A stretch of DNA of 64,000 bases. Origin: Podarcis gaigeae (taxonomy: Eukaryota). The stretch lies in assembly GCA_964106915.2 (NCBI GenBank), contig OZ066919.1; one strand, given 5' to 3'. The notes beneath the pieces are model-generated. The model was not told where the DNA came from. It did no database searches and was given only the letters and a program-made list of their open reading frames with translations. Below, piece by piece: positions 12,291-25,985 of the stretch; the stretch's first letter is position 1; each line of letters opens with the position of its first letter. Position numbers and translations under genes: made by a program.

Positions 12291-13613
12291 GCAGGAAGAG
12301 AAACTGCTTTGCAAGATTTCTGGAGGTTCCCTGTATCCCAATGACCCCTCTGCCTCCCTTCCCTGTTCCGATGGCAAGAGGAAGAGGGCTTTGTCATGGA
12401 AAAATCTCATTGAAAAATCCTAGGAAAGGGGGAAAGTCCAGAAATGACATTAGAGTAGGTACCAGGTGGGTCTTTCTCTGGCAAGAGTGTTCCATAACCC
12501 CAAAAGGGCAACTCCTGAAAAGGCCCTTTCTCTTCTAACCCACCACAGCCACCAGATTCTGTTGTTCAGCCACTGTGGATTAGGACCAGCGTAGAAATTC
12601 ATGCAAATCTACCTAATTTGCATTATCTGAAACAATATGCAAACTAAACCAAAACTGCCCTTTAAAGTTTGCCCTTCTCTGAATTTTGTTATGCCATCCT
12701 TCAACTGAATAATGTGTGCAAATAAATTATGCAAAGGAGTGCAAAAAAAATTGCATCATATTGGTGAAAAATCATTGCCGAATTGTGCATATCAGGCATA
12801 ATTGCATTAAAAATGTGTGCATTAGGAGAAATTGACACTAAAGTACTGACAAGTTTTCATGCTTTTAAAAAAATATATTTCAACTGAAACTAACATAGAA
12901 ATATGAGTCATGAGGTTTAAGACTGGAAAATATGAGCAACAGAGAGAAACCAAAAGGAGAAAGAGAAGGGAATGGAGAGAGAACAATGGTACATTTTCTA
13001 GTGGGCCCAGAAGAATCCTTGACTGTGTTCATATGAATTACTGGGCTGGGCACAGATAGAAGCTCTCCCAGTGTTTGAACCAATCCTCTAGAGGCCCAAA
13101 CTTAACTCAGGGTGTAGAACCAAAGAGCCAGATGTAGGTGCGCATGAGAATAAACACAGGCAGCCTGAAAAACAGAGTTCAGCCATCTTGATCTCTCAGA
13201 CTCCAAATGGTTCCCCTTGATCATAGAGTGTAGACTGGGAAGGTAAATGTGCCCACTTTCCTTTGGAACATCCATGGCAGCTTCTCTCTTGGGGCAATAG
13301 CAGGTTTAAGAAGAGGGTATGAGGACTACCACACAGAAGAGAAAGTTTCAACCCTCCATTGGGTCATTGTTCCATCATAGCCTTTTCTTTAATCTCCCCC
13401 ACCCCTTAAAAATAACACCACCACAGAACATAAATTACACTGGTTTTCTGCATATCCACCCATCCATAATAAAACCTCATCTGTTTATTCTTGCACAGCT
13501 TTGACTATTTCTCAGTTTCATAAAGGCATCTCAAAGGGTTTTCCCCTTTTGGACATCATATTTCCATGATAGGTTATTGCAAGCACAGCTATGTCTGAGG
13601 GTATGTCTACAAC

Positions 13614-13943
13614 CACTGGTGCAGGTAGGTAATGGTAGATTCTGGACTTTAGATGATAATATGTATTGCTACACTTCAGGGCCGGCCCAATACATTTTGG
13701 CACCTGAGGCAAACCAAAAACTGGCACCTTCCCCACATCAGGTACAAGGCGGAAAGAAAGATTTACATCAGGATCTGCTGCCCCTGTAGATTCTGATGCC
13801 TGAGGTGGTCACCTCTCTTGGCCTCAAGTAGGCTGGCCCTGCTACACTTCCTTAAATAGATGCATTTGGGGGCCCTGAACCTCATTCTACTGCATGGGGG
13901 CTCTGGACATCTGCCCCCAAATCCTGACCTAGCGGCACCAGTG
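13614..13943. mobile_element. Non-autonomous hAT-like element (host of a nested MITE)
   Basis: TIR cactggtgc / gcaccagtg; flanks tctacaac / tctaccag (6 of 8 match). Confidence 0.55.
13677..13841. mobile_element. hAT MITE nested in 13614-13943
   Basis: TIR cagggccggcc / ggctggccctg; perfect 8-bp TSD ctacactt at 13669-13676 and 13842-13849. Confidence 0.85.
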
Positions 13944-16131
13944 TCTACCAGTGGCTAAGCATGGGGGAGCACAGGGGCCATTACCCTGGGCACAAAATTC
14001 TTAGGGATGCAAAATTTCAATACCTGGTGCTGCCTCAATAGAGCTATGTGCTTCCTTCGCTGAGCTCTGTTGAAAATAGCTTCTCTATCTGAACCAGGAA
14101 GTGATCTTTCTGGACAATGGGACAACTCTTCTTATCTCTACAATGTCCTGAGTGACATGGATATTGTTTGGCAGTTGAATGTGCATGCAAACTCCATTCC
14201 CCCCCTCCCCCCTTCCACACAGCCCTGGGCGCTATCAACCCATGCTATGCCACTAAATGCTTGGGAAAAAAGTGGTCTGTGAGCCCCTAACGAGTACTAC
14301 AAATACCTAAGAAATGAGGGCCAAATCGACACATTTGGTTGTCTTGTCTGAAAACATCCTGAATCAGCGCTGTACTTCCAGTGCAGCCACAGTCTCCTCC
14401 TCCTAGATATCATTTAACAATGCCCATAATTTATGTGCCCAACAAATTCAAGGTATCCTTTTGCAAAAAATAAAATAAAATAACCTGACCCACTTTTCCT
14501 TCTCATTTAGGCTCCTTCCTAAATATATACTGGGAGGAAATGAAGCAGAGTCAGGAGAATTGTGCTTCATTAGGTGAAAAGGGAGCTATGTGAGAGTATA
14601 AGGTGGGCACCCCCTCCCTCTTTCCCCCATTGGGGACAATAAATCTGATCCAATGTTCTCTGATCAACAGCAATGTGAAAATTGCAAACCTGACCAGTAC
14701 ATCAAACAGGAGTTTGAAAAACACTTTGTGGGAGGGGGTGGGATGCTAACTGTGCATCCTTCTCCTGTGACTGCGCTGATATTAAATCTGGAAATAGCAC
14801 AGGACAACAACCACCACAAAGACACAGAAGCTGTCAAAACAGAAACCAAACAAAATCCCTAATGCGGACTTTGGGTGAAAAGAGCAAAATAAGAAGAGTA
14901 TGCAGCATAGGTTTGTGATTATATTTAAATCTTTAGGCAGCATATAAGGGGATTCCAAAATTCTCTCTGTCTAAGCAATTTTTGCAACCAATGAAAGGGA
15001 ATTGTTAATCAGGCTGAGTGCAAAGGCAATTTCCAGAGGACACTATACAATATGATATGGACTTGCCATTTCTTCTGTGAGCAGCCTGCAGGATCTCTGA
15101 GTTGCCCTCTGCTTTGATTTCTATGTACTGTGAAATGATATAGAAAAGCTTGTTTGAGATCCTATAGAAAGCTTGCCAACTTCTTCCAGAAGGCTTCTTG
15201 GCAACCTATGGTCAAAGACTTGGAATGATCCAGCAAAGCATCTAATGAAGTTCTCTTTTGCTTCTAACACAGGACAAAATGGGGAATCAGCACAGAAGGG
15301 CCGTCTGTCCCATAGGGTTTAGTAGTGCTTTGCGCCAGGCCACCGGCCTCTCAGGGGCTCCCCAGCAAGTGGGGGAGCTGCACGGCTTTGCTGATGGCCT
15401 CTCCTTTCCCTGCATGCCCGCCAGCTGTGCCTCGCCAACCATATGACTGGCGGGCGTGCAGCTTCCCTCCCAAGCTTCTGTGGGGACTGGTCTCCTCCTG
15501 AGGAGGCTTGGGAGGGAAACTGTCTCTCCACCCACGGAGACTTGGGAGGGGCACATCTTCGCTCCCAAGGCTCTGCGAGGATCGCTCTCCTGCAGCGGCA
15601 TGGGGGAGAGTTGCGTCCCCCCCCCCGGTGGCTGGCAGTGTGCAGCTACGGCCACCCCAACACTATCCGTGGTAATTTGGGGGCGCTGGGCGGATATTTG
15701 CACCCCGGTGCTGCATCTGCTAAAGACAGCCCTGGATGCTGAACAAATTAATGGAGCACCGATCTAGCAATGGCTTTTGCTAGTCATAACAGCTGAGACA
15801 GAAACTCCCTTGATCAGAGTTGAGCTCCATGGTTCTGGTGGTCAGATGCTGGGCAAACAAAAGGTGGTACCATTCTCAGGCCATCTTTGTCTGCCTCACA
15901 GATCCCCCTCCCCAGCCCACAAAGCTGGCAAGAATTAGTTCAGGACTGCAGCTGAAATGAATTTGCATGGAGCAAGTTGGAATTCTCCAGCAAAACACCT
16001 CAATTTGTGTCTGCTCAAAAATCAGAGTAAAATAAAAATAAAAATCAGACACATTCTCCAAAGCTTAATGTTCTCAGCATTACCAGTTTTAAATTGTGCA
16101 ATATATATGATTGTTTTTAAAAAGGCATGTT

Positions 16132-16286
16132 AGCCTGGTTAGCTCAGTTAGTTAGAGTGTGGTGCTTATAATGCCAAGGTTGCAGGTTCGATCCCCATAT
16201 GGGACAGGTGCATATTCCTGCATTGCAGGGAGTTGGACTAGATGATCCTCAGGGTCCCTTCCAACTCTGCAATCTATGATTCTATG
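16132..16286 (+). mobile_element. tRNA-Ile-headed SINE with CR1 3' tail
   Basis: Head closely follows vertebrate tRNA-Ile (gcctggttagctcag...ggttcgatcccc), then attcctgcattgcagggagttggactagatgat...ttccaactc...attctatg. Confidence 0.8.
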
Positions 16287-16303
16287 TGCAAGAGGACCAT
16301 GTT

Positions 16304-16462
16304 TGTGCCAGAAGCAGGTTAGTCATGCTGGCCACATGACCTGGAAAGCTGTCTGTGGACAAATGTTGGCTCCCTCGGCCTGAAGCGAGAAGAGCATTGC
16401 ACTCCATAGTCGCCTTTGACTGGACTTAATTGTCCAGAGGTCCTTTACCTTTTTTACCTTTT
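16304..16462 (+). mobile_element. Sauria SINE 3' fragment
   Basis: tttagtcatgctggccacatgacc...gactggacttaa...cctttacctttt. Confidence 0.8.
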
Positions 16463-18688
16463 TAGCAGTATTCTTAAAATTGACTAAGATTTAAAAGATT
16501 GAAGTGGCTTTTTAAATGGAGTATTCCAAAAAGGAAAGTCTCTGAAGTGAAACTTGAAAATGCTCAAAATTCAAAATATCACTTTTAAAAAATCATTTTA
16601 TAAGCAGAACACAAGCACCTGAGAAAGCAAAAAGTCTTTATTAACATTTAACATGCAATTAAAGCTTTCAAATAATCCTGGGAGCTGTAATTTATCCCCT
16701 GAAGTGCCTAGTGTCCTTCATAAACTACAGTTCCCAAGAGTCTTTGAAGGGAGAAAATGCGACTTAAATGTGCGGTACATTCACAGCCTAGATAAACTAT
16801 ATTTCAAATGGAATAATTCCGGCGGCCTGGAGGGCTTCACTGGAGAAGCAGTTCCATAGCTGTAGCACCAAAACTGAGAAAGCACCAGCCTGGTTACCAA
16901 GAGAACTCAACTCACCACAAGGAATTTAGTAAAGGTTATTGAGATGTCTATTATTGGGCCAATTCTAGTTTAAAGTTGCAAGCTGTAATGTCACCCTGGA
17001 ATCTTCTGCAGAAATAAAAAATATTTCCTCATGGGTGGCCAGCATTTCATGGACACCTACCATGAAAATGTGTCTACATGAAAAGTTCAGCTTCTGTTGT
17101 GTTGCTTCAAATGTCATTCTCCAACATTGGCTAACTGGAATCAGCATGCAGCTTCAGACAAATATAGCTGTCCTTGTTACAGACTTTCCACACACCATAA
17201 ATCAGAAGGTCTTGTGAAGAGGCAATCTTCACTTAGTTAGACTTCCTTACTGCATGAAGAGTTGGAGAGGTGTGTGAGAGAGAAAGAGAGAAACTCTCCA
17301 TCATAGACTTTCTGCTGTTGGACATACAGCATTAGAATGCTAGAATACAAAGAAAAACTCATTTGGTGGATCATTCCTCTGCACAAATGGAAATACAGAG
17401 TTTGTAGTCAAGTCAATAAACTGAAGTCAAGTGGAAACTGTTGTTATAGTTGTAGCTGCTGGTCCTAATGGTGGCAATGTCACACAACTTTTCTCATCAG
17501 TGATATGAACCATATTGATATTCAAGTGCCTTAAGAATCTCTGGTGCAAAATGTTTGCAGACAGCCCCATTCACACTGCCCAACTAAAGGATTTGGGTGT
17601 AAGCTGCTACAGCCCCAGTGCTTTCAAGGGGAATTGAAGCCCTCAAATCCAAAGCCTTTCACTTAAAAAGGATTGTGGATTAGGACAAGAATATAAAGGT
17701 GTATGCTTACGCGTCCATATTCATCTATATTCAGAGGCACTGACTAGCATTTTTTTCTCACTGGGGATCTACTACAGCTGAATTTTTTAAAAAAAACGTT
17801 AAAGATTTCCCCCTAAATGTTAAGGAGATGGAACCATGAGGACTAGAACCAGTTTTTTTAATGCAGCTAAAATGGGAAAATGAGAGGTGTCTCTTAATAA
17901 AAAATATTCCTCGTTTCCCTGATTTCATTTGCAAGATTCACAGGTGTGTGTTGTGTGGTGCCTTAAATGGCTGTGGTGCCATTATCCACCTTCAGCCTTT
18001 TGAGAAAGGTGGGTCACAATAATCTAAGCAAATGCAGAAATGATGTTGTGCATGCCTTAGCTTGTGGCAGCTCCTTGAGTGAGTGCAAAGCTAATATTTC
18101 TGCCTAAGTACGGGTGGAGGAAGAAGGACAGAGGAAGAAAAAACTGTGGGGAGATGTTTCTGATCATAACTTAGTTCACTCAGGGAGAGCCCAAAACAGT
18201 TGACATTTGCAGAGGAGCCTCCTGGAGGCAACCCAGACTCCCAAATGAACATATATGCCTGAACAAACAAACAAACAAAACCAACAGCAAATCTGGGGAT
18301 TTAAGGTGCACTTTCTAATTAAGCTTAAGCGCATTACACTAATGAATTCATCAGTTACACACAAGCGATATTGCTGTGTCTTTAAATACCTGTTTGTGGG
18401 AGGGGGGAGCTGTAGAAGCGGAATACCTTTCATTCTCCGTTCATTCTGGACAATGAGAACACCTCGGGATACCAGGCCTTTGCTTCTTCCCTCTCTTCCC
18501 ATAGAGATGCTCCACCTGCAGCGCTTGCAGATGGAGAGCTGGGTCAGTAAAAAAAATAACCAAAATTTTAAAAAAGCACGTGGAGGATTCGTTTACCCCG
18601 AGACATGACAGATACTACGCTGGTTGAAAGGGTTCTGTCGGATCTCAACACTTCCAAGGATGCCGTCGGGCTGGGGGTGTCAGTAGGC

Positions 18689-18818
18689 NNNNNNNNNNNN
18701 NNNNNNNNNNNNNNNNNNNNNNNNNNNNNNNNNNNNNNNNNNNNNNNNNNNNNNNNNNNNNNNNNNNNNNNNNNNNNNNNNNNNNNNNNNNNNNNNNNNN
18801 NNNNNNNNNNNNNNNNNN
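18689..18818. other. Assembly gap
   Basis: N run. Confidence 1.
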
Positions 18819-19178
18819 CCATGCAGCCGAAACGTGCAAACCTCCACATTCCCACCCACCCCGTCTTATGTACGCACAACACACACTCTGATCTACAATT
18901 GATTATTAACCAGAGCTGTTTTTGCTTTACACGGGAAGCTTGGGGTGTGTGGGTAGGTGAAGATACAAGCACAGCAGAACACGTCGGTTGCTTTCACAGG
19001 TTTTGAAATGTACAAAGGCAGCAAAAAGTGAAACCTTCCTTCCTGCCCTGAGATCCCCCCCACACTTTTTTTTCTCCTTCTCCCCTCTCCCCACCTCCCA
19101 CTATCAGATCTTGGGCGACGCAAAAATGTCTCTTTGGGAACAAGTTCCTGTTCCAATCAGAACACACGATACACTGCA

Positions 19179-19180
<2 letters not shown>

Positions 19181-19245
<65 letters not shown>

Positions 19246-19252
19246 TGTGTGT
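19181..19252. repeat. Compound (CT)n(GT)n microsatellite
   Basis: Direct read. Confidence 0.95.
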
Positions 19253-19635
19253 CCTCTAAATGGAATGCGTGTAGGTAGGTAACAGGTTAGTAAATGCAGA
19301 GCTGTGCAAGGAGGGAGGGCGCGATAAGTACTGAGTTTCATCATCAACACATTTCAAACCACGTTCCACTCAGCTGAAGGAAACAGATCCCCCCCTCCCT
19401 CGACGTGATTTTCAGGTTCGGGGTGTTCTTAGTTGTTCCTTTATTTTTATAGACTTTCACCTCGATCCTGACTCAGCACGTGGGCACTGAAATGAGCTTC
19501 CCAGTTATCCTTGTTAAGCACCTCTGCAAAATACGGTAAGCTGCTCCGTCAACGCACCGAGATCTACAGGTACGTAGATCGGCTGGCTGGAACTAATGTG
19601 GGATACAACTTTGCGCGTTAGGAGCTGACCGGTTG

Positions 19636-19810
19636 CATAGGAACGGAGAACGTACTGAGTCAGACAACTGGCCTATTATCAAGCTCAGTATTGTCCACAC
19701 GGACCGGCAGAGGCTCTCCGGGGTTTCGGGCAAGGGGAGATGCCGGGAGTTGAACACTGGACCTTCTGCACTCCAAGCAGATGCTCTGCCGCTGAGCCAC
19801 GTCTCCTCCC
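19636..19810 (-). mobile_element. tRNA-Ala-like SINE (Squam2-like)
   Basis: Reverse complement of the family seen on + at 53591-53757 (gctcagtggtagagc...gcagaaggtcc...ctgaaaccctggagag...). Confidence 0.7.
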
Positions 19811-20241
19811 CAACTCCAACTCACTGCGACACGATTGCCATGTCCCTCCGAATTTTCAAAGGGGTGGGGAGTCAGAATAGGAAGCTGAAGCAGCAGGGAG
19901 ACGTTTTGCATTCAACCTGAACACTTTTTTTCTAAATAAGAGGGAGGGTTCGAGGGGCTCCTGAACACTTGCCAGTCTGTGCTCATTCCCACAGCCTCGT
20001 TCTCCTTACGCGCACCCGCAAGCGCAGCCACGCACACGGATCCAAGCGATGAAATCCATTAGCCTTTTTTGACCTTTCCAGAGTGAAACCAAAGTGGTGG
20101 TTTCAAGATCTGTACACTTCCCTTAGGAATTCAAAAATTAAAATAAAATAAAATAAAAGTCAGCTTTTACTAATGTGAGATTTGGACTTAGTCTCAAATT
20201 CGCTGGGTTTAACCTGGACGGTGCCCTACAGAAGATTTAGA

Positions 20242-20310
20242 TAGAATCATAGAACTGTGGAGTTGGAAGAGATCCCAAAGGTCATTTAGTCCAACCCCCT
20301 GCGATGCAGG
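20242..20310 (-). mobile_element. CR1-type 3' tail (SINE or LINE) running into a gap
   Basis: tagaatcatagaactgtggagttggaag...tagtccaaccccctgcgatgcagg. Confidence 0.7.
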
Positions 20311-20709
20311 NNNNNNNNNNNNNNNNNNNNNNNNNNNNNNNNNNNNNNNNNNNNNNNNNNNNNNNNNNNNNNNNNNNNNNNNNNNNNNNNNNNNNNNNNN
20401 NNNNNNNNNNNNNNNNNNNNNNNNNNNNNNNNNNNNNNNNNNNNNNNNNNNNNNNNNNNNNNNNNNNNNNNNNNNNNNNNNNNNNNNNNNNNNNNNNNNN
20501 NNNNNNNNNNNNNNNNNNNNNNNNNNNNNNNNNNNNNNNNNNNNNNNNNNNNNNNNNNNNNNNNNNNNNNNNNNNNNNNNNNNNNNNNNNNNNNNNNNNN
20601 NNNNNNNNNNNNNNNNNNNNNNNNNNNNNNNNNNNNNNNNNNNNNNNNNNNNNNNNNNNNNNNNNNNNNNNNNNNNNNNNNNNNNNNNNNNNNNNNNNNN
20701 NNNNNNNNN
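20311..20709. other. Assembly gap
   Basis: N run. Confidence 1.
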
Positions 20710-23700
20710 ACCATCAACTGGGACACATTTGAGGCATCATTTGAACCAGGGGCGCTTTAATCTGTTTTTTGCTCTCTTTTAGAATTGCCTGCGTTTCTTT
20801 CTCGAAGACCAGGCGCTCGTTTACTTCGGAGTCTCGCCTGCTTAATTGGTTATTGAACCTCTTTACTGTCTTGCGAAACCAGCGGCTGCTACTCCCGCAG
20901 CTGTTGTCGCCCAGTGTAAGGAGACGTGTGCGGAGACCAGAGTACCACGCACGCAACACCTTTCCTGCATCCCAGCCACGTCGGCAGCTAGAGCATCCAC
21001 AGATGGTCCGGCTGCGTTACTTAGGCGCAAGCTCTTTCGCGGGAACTTTCTGGCCAGCAAGTGAAGCTAAGGATCGGAGCCTTGCCTATCCCACATCGCA
21101 TTCTCACTCGCATCCGGCTTCGCTCTTCGCCACCGCCAGTGAACCGGATTCAAACCAGGGTCATCTCGTGCGCTTCCACGATGAAACTCGGACGGGTTTC
21201 ACATTTCAGTCGAACAGGGCTGTGGATCAGGTCGCTAAGCGAAAGGCTTCTGGTAGCGCCCAATGCACAGCTCCAACCTCGTAAAAGGGATTTAGACTGC
21301 AATCCTTAATCCACTACTAAATCCTTAATCCATTTACTGAATCCACTACTGAATCCTTAATCCACTTCTCAATGTAGTGGGACTTACTTCCGAGGAAACA
21401 TGCACACCCTTGCTTTTTACGGCAGCTCCCCAATTTTATACAGAGCACAGGGAAGCAAATCGTTCTTGTCTCAGTGAAATCAGTGGGGTTTGCTTCCACC
21501 CGATCTATTATTTTCCATCTGTGTGCTCTTTCCAAGTAAGGGCAATACTTGCTGAGAAATTCTCCTACGCAGGCACCTTTACAATGGATTTGCTCCTGCT
21601 TTTCTGCAGCTTCCATGGGGGTGAATCGAGCAGCGGGGAAGAGGGAGAGGACTAGATGTCTTAAGTACTCTGTATGTTTATTATAGGATGCGTTTTACCA
21701 TGCTTAACTTCGAATAAAGCCTAGGGAACTCTTTCCCATCTGGAGTTCAGATCCTAAACTTATTCCACTTGGAAGTAAAGCTCAAGTGTGCCGTGTGTCC
21801 TTCCCAAGAGTCCACGTTCAAAATCGGGGGGAAATCCCCACTACATTAAATTCTGCGGCCAAACTCCCCCTCCTTCTCTCTCGCGCTCTCTCTCTCTCTC
21901 TTATTGTAAATAGTTCTGGATCGCCCAGAGTGAGCACCAGCGGATCGCTTCGAAGCGATTGCATCGCCATGGATCTTAAGCTCGCGCCTGACTCTCCCAT
22001 TGACACCCCATTCAAAGTGCTTAATTGTGACCGGCTGGATTGTGCGCGACGTATATAGGATTCCAAGGTTCCCATAAATTCGGGCACTTCTGCTTAAGTG
22101 GTTTATGGCGACTCTGCATGCCCTGTCCGTCTCTATTTCTAACCAGAGAATAGCCCTTCCTGCTTATACTACACAATGCTGCTACTGATGAAAACTTTGG
22201 CGACCTTAAATAAATAAATAAACTCGCCCACTAAACTAAACCAGCCTTTAAATACGAAAAATCGACGGAGCGCCCGAGCTCCGGTTTTTAACAAGCCCGC
22301 TCTTTTTGCTTTGATTTTGTCGCAGATGATAGGACGTTTTGTAGGATGTCTCTTAAACTGTTAATGGGGAGAGATAAAAATGGCTTTTAAAGGGGGGAAA
22401 CCGGAACGGGGTGGTGGTGGTAAAGGAAAGACTCCTTTACAGCTGCCTGGATAGTTTATGAGGACCGAGAAGGGCTCAGAGAAATGCCCACGGAGGCGCG
22501 CTCGTTCGGGGGTAGAAAGAAAAGACAGGGAAGAAAGGGATCGCTGGGGGTGGGTGGATGGATTGGGGGCAGGAATCAAAGATGAAGCAAAGCAGCAAAA
22601 TTTTCTCGTAGGGAAACATCCGCTCAGCCTTTCCTTTCCTTTCAGAGTCTCCACCTCGCAAAAGGATTAAGGAACATATTTTTATTGTTAAAGAAGAGCA
22701 AGTGAATGCAAGGATCGCGCTCTGAGATTAGCTTGCACAGGGATAGAAAAGAGGTTGGATGAGGGAAAAGGGGTGTCGGGGGAAGAGGCTCTCCTCCCAT
22801 GGACCCTTGGGTCAACAGGATCCTTGCTGAGGGAGGTTACCCCACATCCAAAAAAACCCCACAACCCTGTTTCTGAGGTCGCAGGCTCTTTTGCCCCCCT
22901 ATGCAAGGGAATGGAGAGCGCGCGCCCCTTGCACTGTATTCCACGTAATGCGCATTCCATATAAAGTGCCGCGTGAGCGAAAACGGCAGAGCATCCGCGA
23001 TGCCTTGCCAACGAAAGGGGCTTCGGTGGGGATTGCAACCCGCCCTTCCTTCTCCAGAAACGTGCGGCGAGGTGCGTTGAATTATAAATGCTTAAACCGG
23101 ATGCAGGAGAGAGAGAGAGAGAACCACTCTCACTCTCTCCATCATCATAATCATAATCATCTCCATAGAAAGTGTGGATAAAATAACTCAGCAATCTGCA
23201 AGGGATGCGGCGGAGGGGGGGGGTCCTATGCGGAAGGGCCGCGTGGGGAGGGGGCAGCAGCTTCCTTCAGGTAAGGAGAAGGGATCAGTTGACTTCTTCT
23301 TCGGGGTGAGGAGCTGCTTCAAGGAGCAGTTGCTCCTTCGTTTAGTCTCCTCTTTCTGCTCTCCCCACCTTCGGATGGAGGCAGGCCGCAAGCTGCTTAC
23401 ACTGGAGTAGACACCTGGCTCTTTGTATTCCCCCCCCAAAAAAAAGGCTGTGTGTGTATGTGTTTGTGTGTGTACAAACCCACCCACCAAAATACTGGTG
23501 TGACTGGTGTAGGCCGCAGCTCAGTGGCCCCGATCCAGCGGTCCCGGCTGACGTGGCAAGCCTAAACAGAGATAAACACGATAGGTTAGGAAGGAAAGCA
23601 GTCCCCAGAGTCTCAGTGGGACTTACTTTTGAGTAAGCAGAGTTGGGGATCACGCTGTGGAAGCCAAACAGTGAAGAAAGATCAGACAGAAATTTTACTT

Positions 23701-25960
23701 TTGCTTTTTTTTTAACCCACGAAATTCAACAACGTCAATATTTTCAAAGGGTCGATCCTAAGCAAACCAGCGCGCGATCCTAACCATGATGTCAATGACG
23801 TCTGTGATTTACTCTCCAGTAAGCGTGGGTGCGGTCCTGTTTACACTTCAACGCCACTGAAATGAGGGCGATCGGACTTACTTTGAAGTAAACCTGCTTA
23901 GTAGAACAATGCCAGGCTGCTATAGCGAGCCTGCTAGTGGTTTATCTTAAACCAAAGGCCCCGATTCTAAAGACACCGTTTTACAAACAAGTCCACCTGG
24001 TTTCTGCGGCTTTTACTTCCAGGTAGATATGCTTTACTTAGATATGCTTTAAATCGGAGGACGGCGGAAAAGACTATCCTGGTTGCGCCGAACTCAAAGG
24101 CATTCGCTATGAATTAATTTACAGAGCCAACCTATTACACGTCTGCTCAGAAGCCCATTGAGTTGAATGGGGCTTTGTCAATTATAGTTGCAGCCAGAAG
24201 CGCGCCTTAGTGCTGGATTGTGGTTATAATGTAACAGCCCGCATTGATTCTATTGCGCTCTACTTTCACGAAATGAATTTGGGCAGGGGGGTGGCCTCGC
24301 TTCTCCCACCCTTCTTCTGTGATTTGAGTAGACCCGGGGATTGAGGCAACTCAGGTCAACCGCCCGGCCCCAGCGGAATCCGAACTCAGGACCTCCCGGT
24401 GCTTTTAAACCGAGAACAGTCCATTCATCAGAAAGCAGCATGAGCGATTTCCCTCGGTGCTTGCGCTCTCTTCTGGTTAATGTGCACGTCCTTGTTGATT
24501 GCGGGGGGGGGGGGAGGGGCGGCGTGGAGAGATTTTTTTTTTCTCTCTCTCTCTTTCTCCCTCTCTCTTCCTGGATACGATTAAACGGAACAGGAAAGCA
24601 AATCTCAGAGAATTTCAAAAACAGGGAAGGGGAGCCGCGGTTCAAAACTGCATCCCTCTAATTGCCTGGGCGACTATGTCCGGATGAATTCTGTTTTACC
24701 AGTTACGAGTAACGAGGCAGAGGATGTTTACCGAGGGCTCTTGGGCCAGGCACGTGGAAAGATGCAAAGCAGTATTGATTTTGCCTGGGTGTGTATGTTT
24801 TAGGGAGAATTGCATGTTCTGCAGATGTCCTTGGAAGAAAAGACCCTCGTTGGTCTATTTTTCCCTCCACACACTTCAGATAGCAAGGAGAGGAGAACCC
24901 CCAAATTCTGCAAAACAAACAAACAAACAAAAAACCCCACCACAATTTAGCTGCTGCTGTTTGACTTGGGCTACCGTAGCACGCCGAAAGCTTCTAACTT
25001 TACGCTGTCTCTATTTAACTCCTCGTCCGCCTGCATCTCTCTCTGTCTGACACACGCCCCTCTTCCTTCCTGGAGAAACAGGTAGAGTTTATATAGGTGG
25101 ACACCGTATCCTTCTAACAGGGGCTGGTGGTCACCTGGCCCCCGGAAGCCTCTGTCCTAGCTTTCGAGGGGTCTTTCTTCCCCCGTGCCCTCATCTCCCA
25201 GCCTCAGGAGGTTCTTGCAACACACTCCCCTCAAATTCCACCACCCTCGAGTTCCAGCCGATTGCCGATTGCAGTCGAAGAACCCCAGTTCCAAGCGAGC
25301 ACGTTCAAGGCAATGAGGTCCGTTGGCATGCCCTGAAATTCCTTTTGGAAGAGGCCTGCGCGGAAGGCGGAGGTAAGATACAGCCACCGACGGTTACCCT
25401 CGTGTTCTTGTACTGCCTGGGCATCGCATCATGACACCTGGAGATTTCTGGGCTAGGATAAACTGAAATGGAAACTGCACTGAGCTACTATTCTATTCAA
25501 AGTTTTGATCGCATCTGTAAAAGGAATTGGGGGGGGGCGGGCGAGGAGAGGGTAAAACCTGTGTGCATCAGTAACTAGCATATATCCTCTTCCCTCTCTG
25601 AATGAAAAAGATCAGAGGTCATAGAACATTTAATCAATCAGAAGGGTGGGTGGCTGTGAAATACCCTTTCTGTGAGAAGACGGCAAGTGGGTGAAGAAAT
25701 AACCCAACAGTCTCTGGTGGAAAAGGATCACTTGGATTTAAAACGCCGTGCCGGTGTAGGAAGCCGAGGTCCTCCCGATACAGATTTCACTTCGGTTGCC
25801 CCTGCTGTTTCTATTCCTCATCCATAGATGCTTCCGTCAATTTCGCCTCCTGCTCTGATCGTTTCCCCCTCTCCTTTACAGATGGATGCTATACTCCATG
25901 TGGCCACTTGGGGTCGCGCTTTATGCCTGTTTGGGGCAGAGCTGCTGAAAAGAGAAATAA

Positions 25961-25985
25961 GAGCGAGCGAGCGAGCGAGCGAGCA
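25961..25985. repeat. (GAGC)n microsatellite
   Basis: Direct read. Confidence 0.9.

Noticed and set aside
15297-15734. GC-rich stretch with several overlapping ORFs and weak inverted ends agggccgtct / agacagccct
   Set aside because: Probably a non-autonomous DNA transposon, but no TSD found; ORFs have no coding signature
16132-16206. Functional tRNA-Ile gene (likewise tRNA-Lys at 39225-39294 and tRNA-Ala-like at 53591)
   Set aside because: Stem mismatches, CpG decay and fusion to retroposon tails indicate SINE heads
20286-20732. ORFs spanning N runs (also near 18600, 36000, 60800)
   Set aside because: Artefacts of assembly gaps
20769-21284. 171-aa ORF, and similar ones at 22688, 26601 and 32215
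   Set aside because: Alternative starts or low-complexity R/S/P/G-rich products typical of CpG-rich non-coding DNA; no recognisable homology or exon structure
21299-21370. Short spaced repeats aatccttaatccactact
   Set aside because: Local slippage tandem inside a MITE relic; not a CRISPR-like array
25901-25918. CTCF-like tggccacttggggtcgcg
   Set aside because: Two mismatches in the core; too weak without ChIP data
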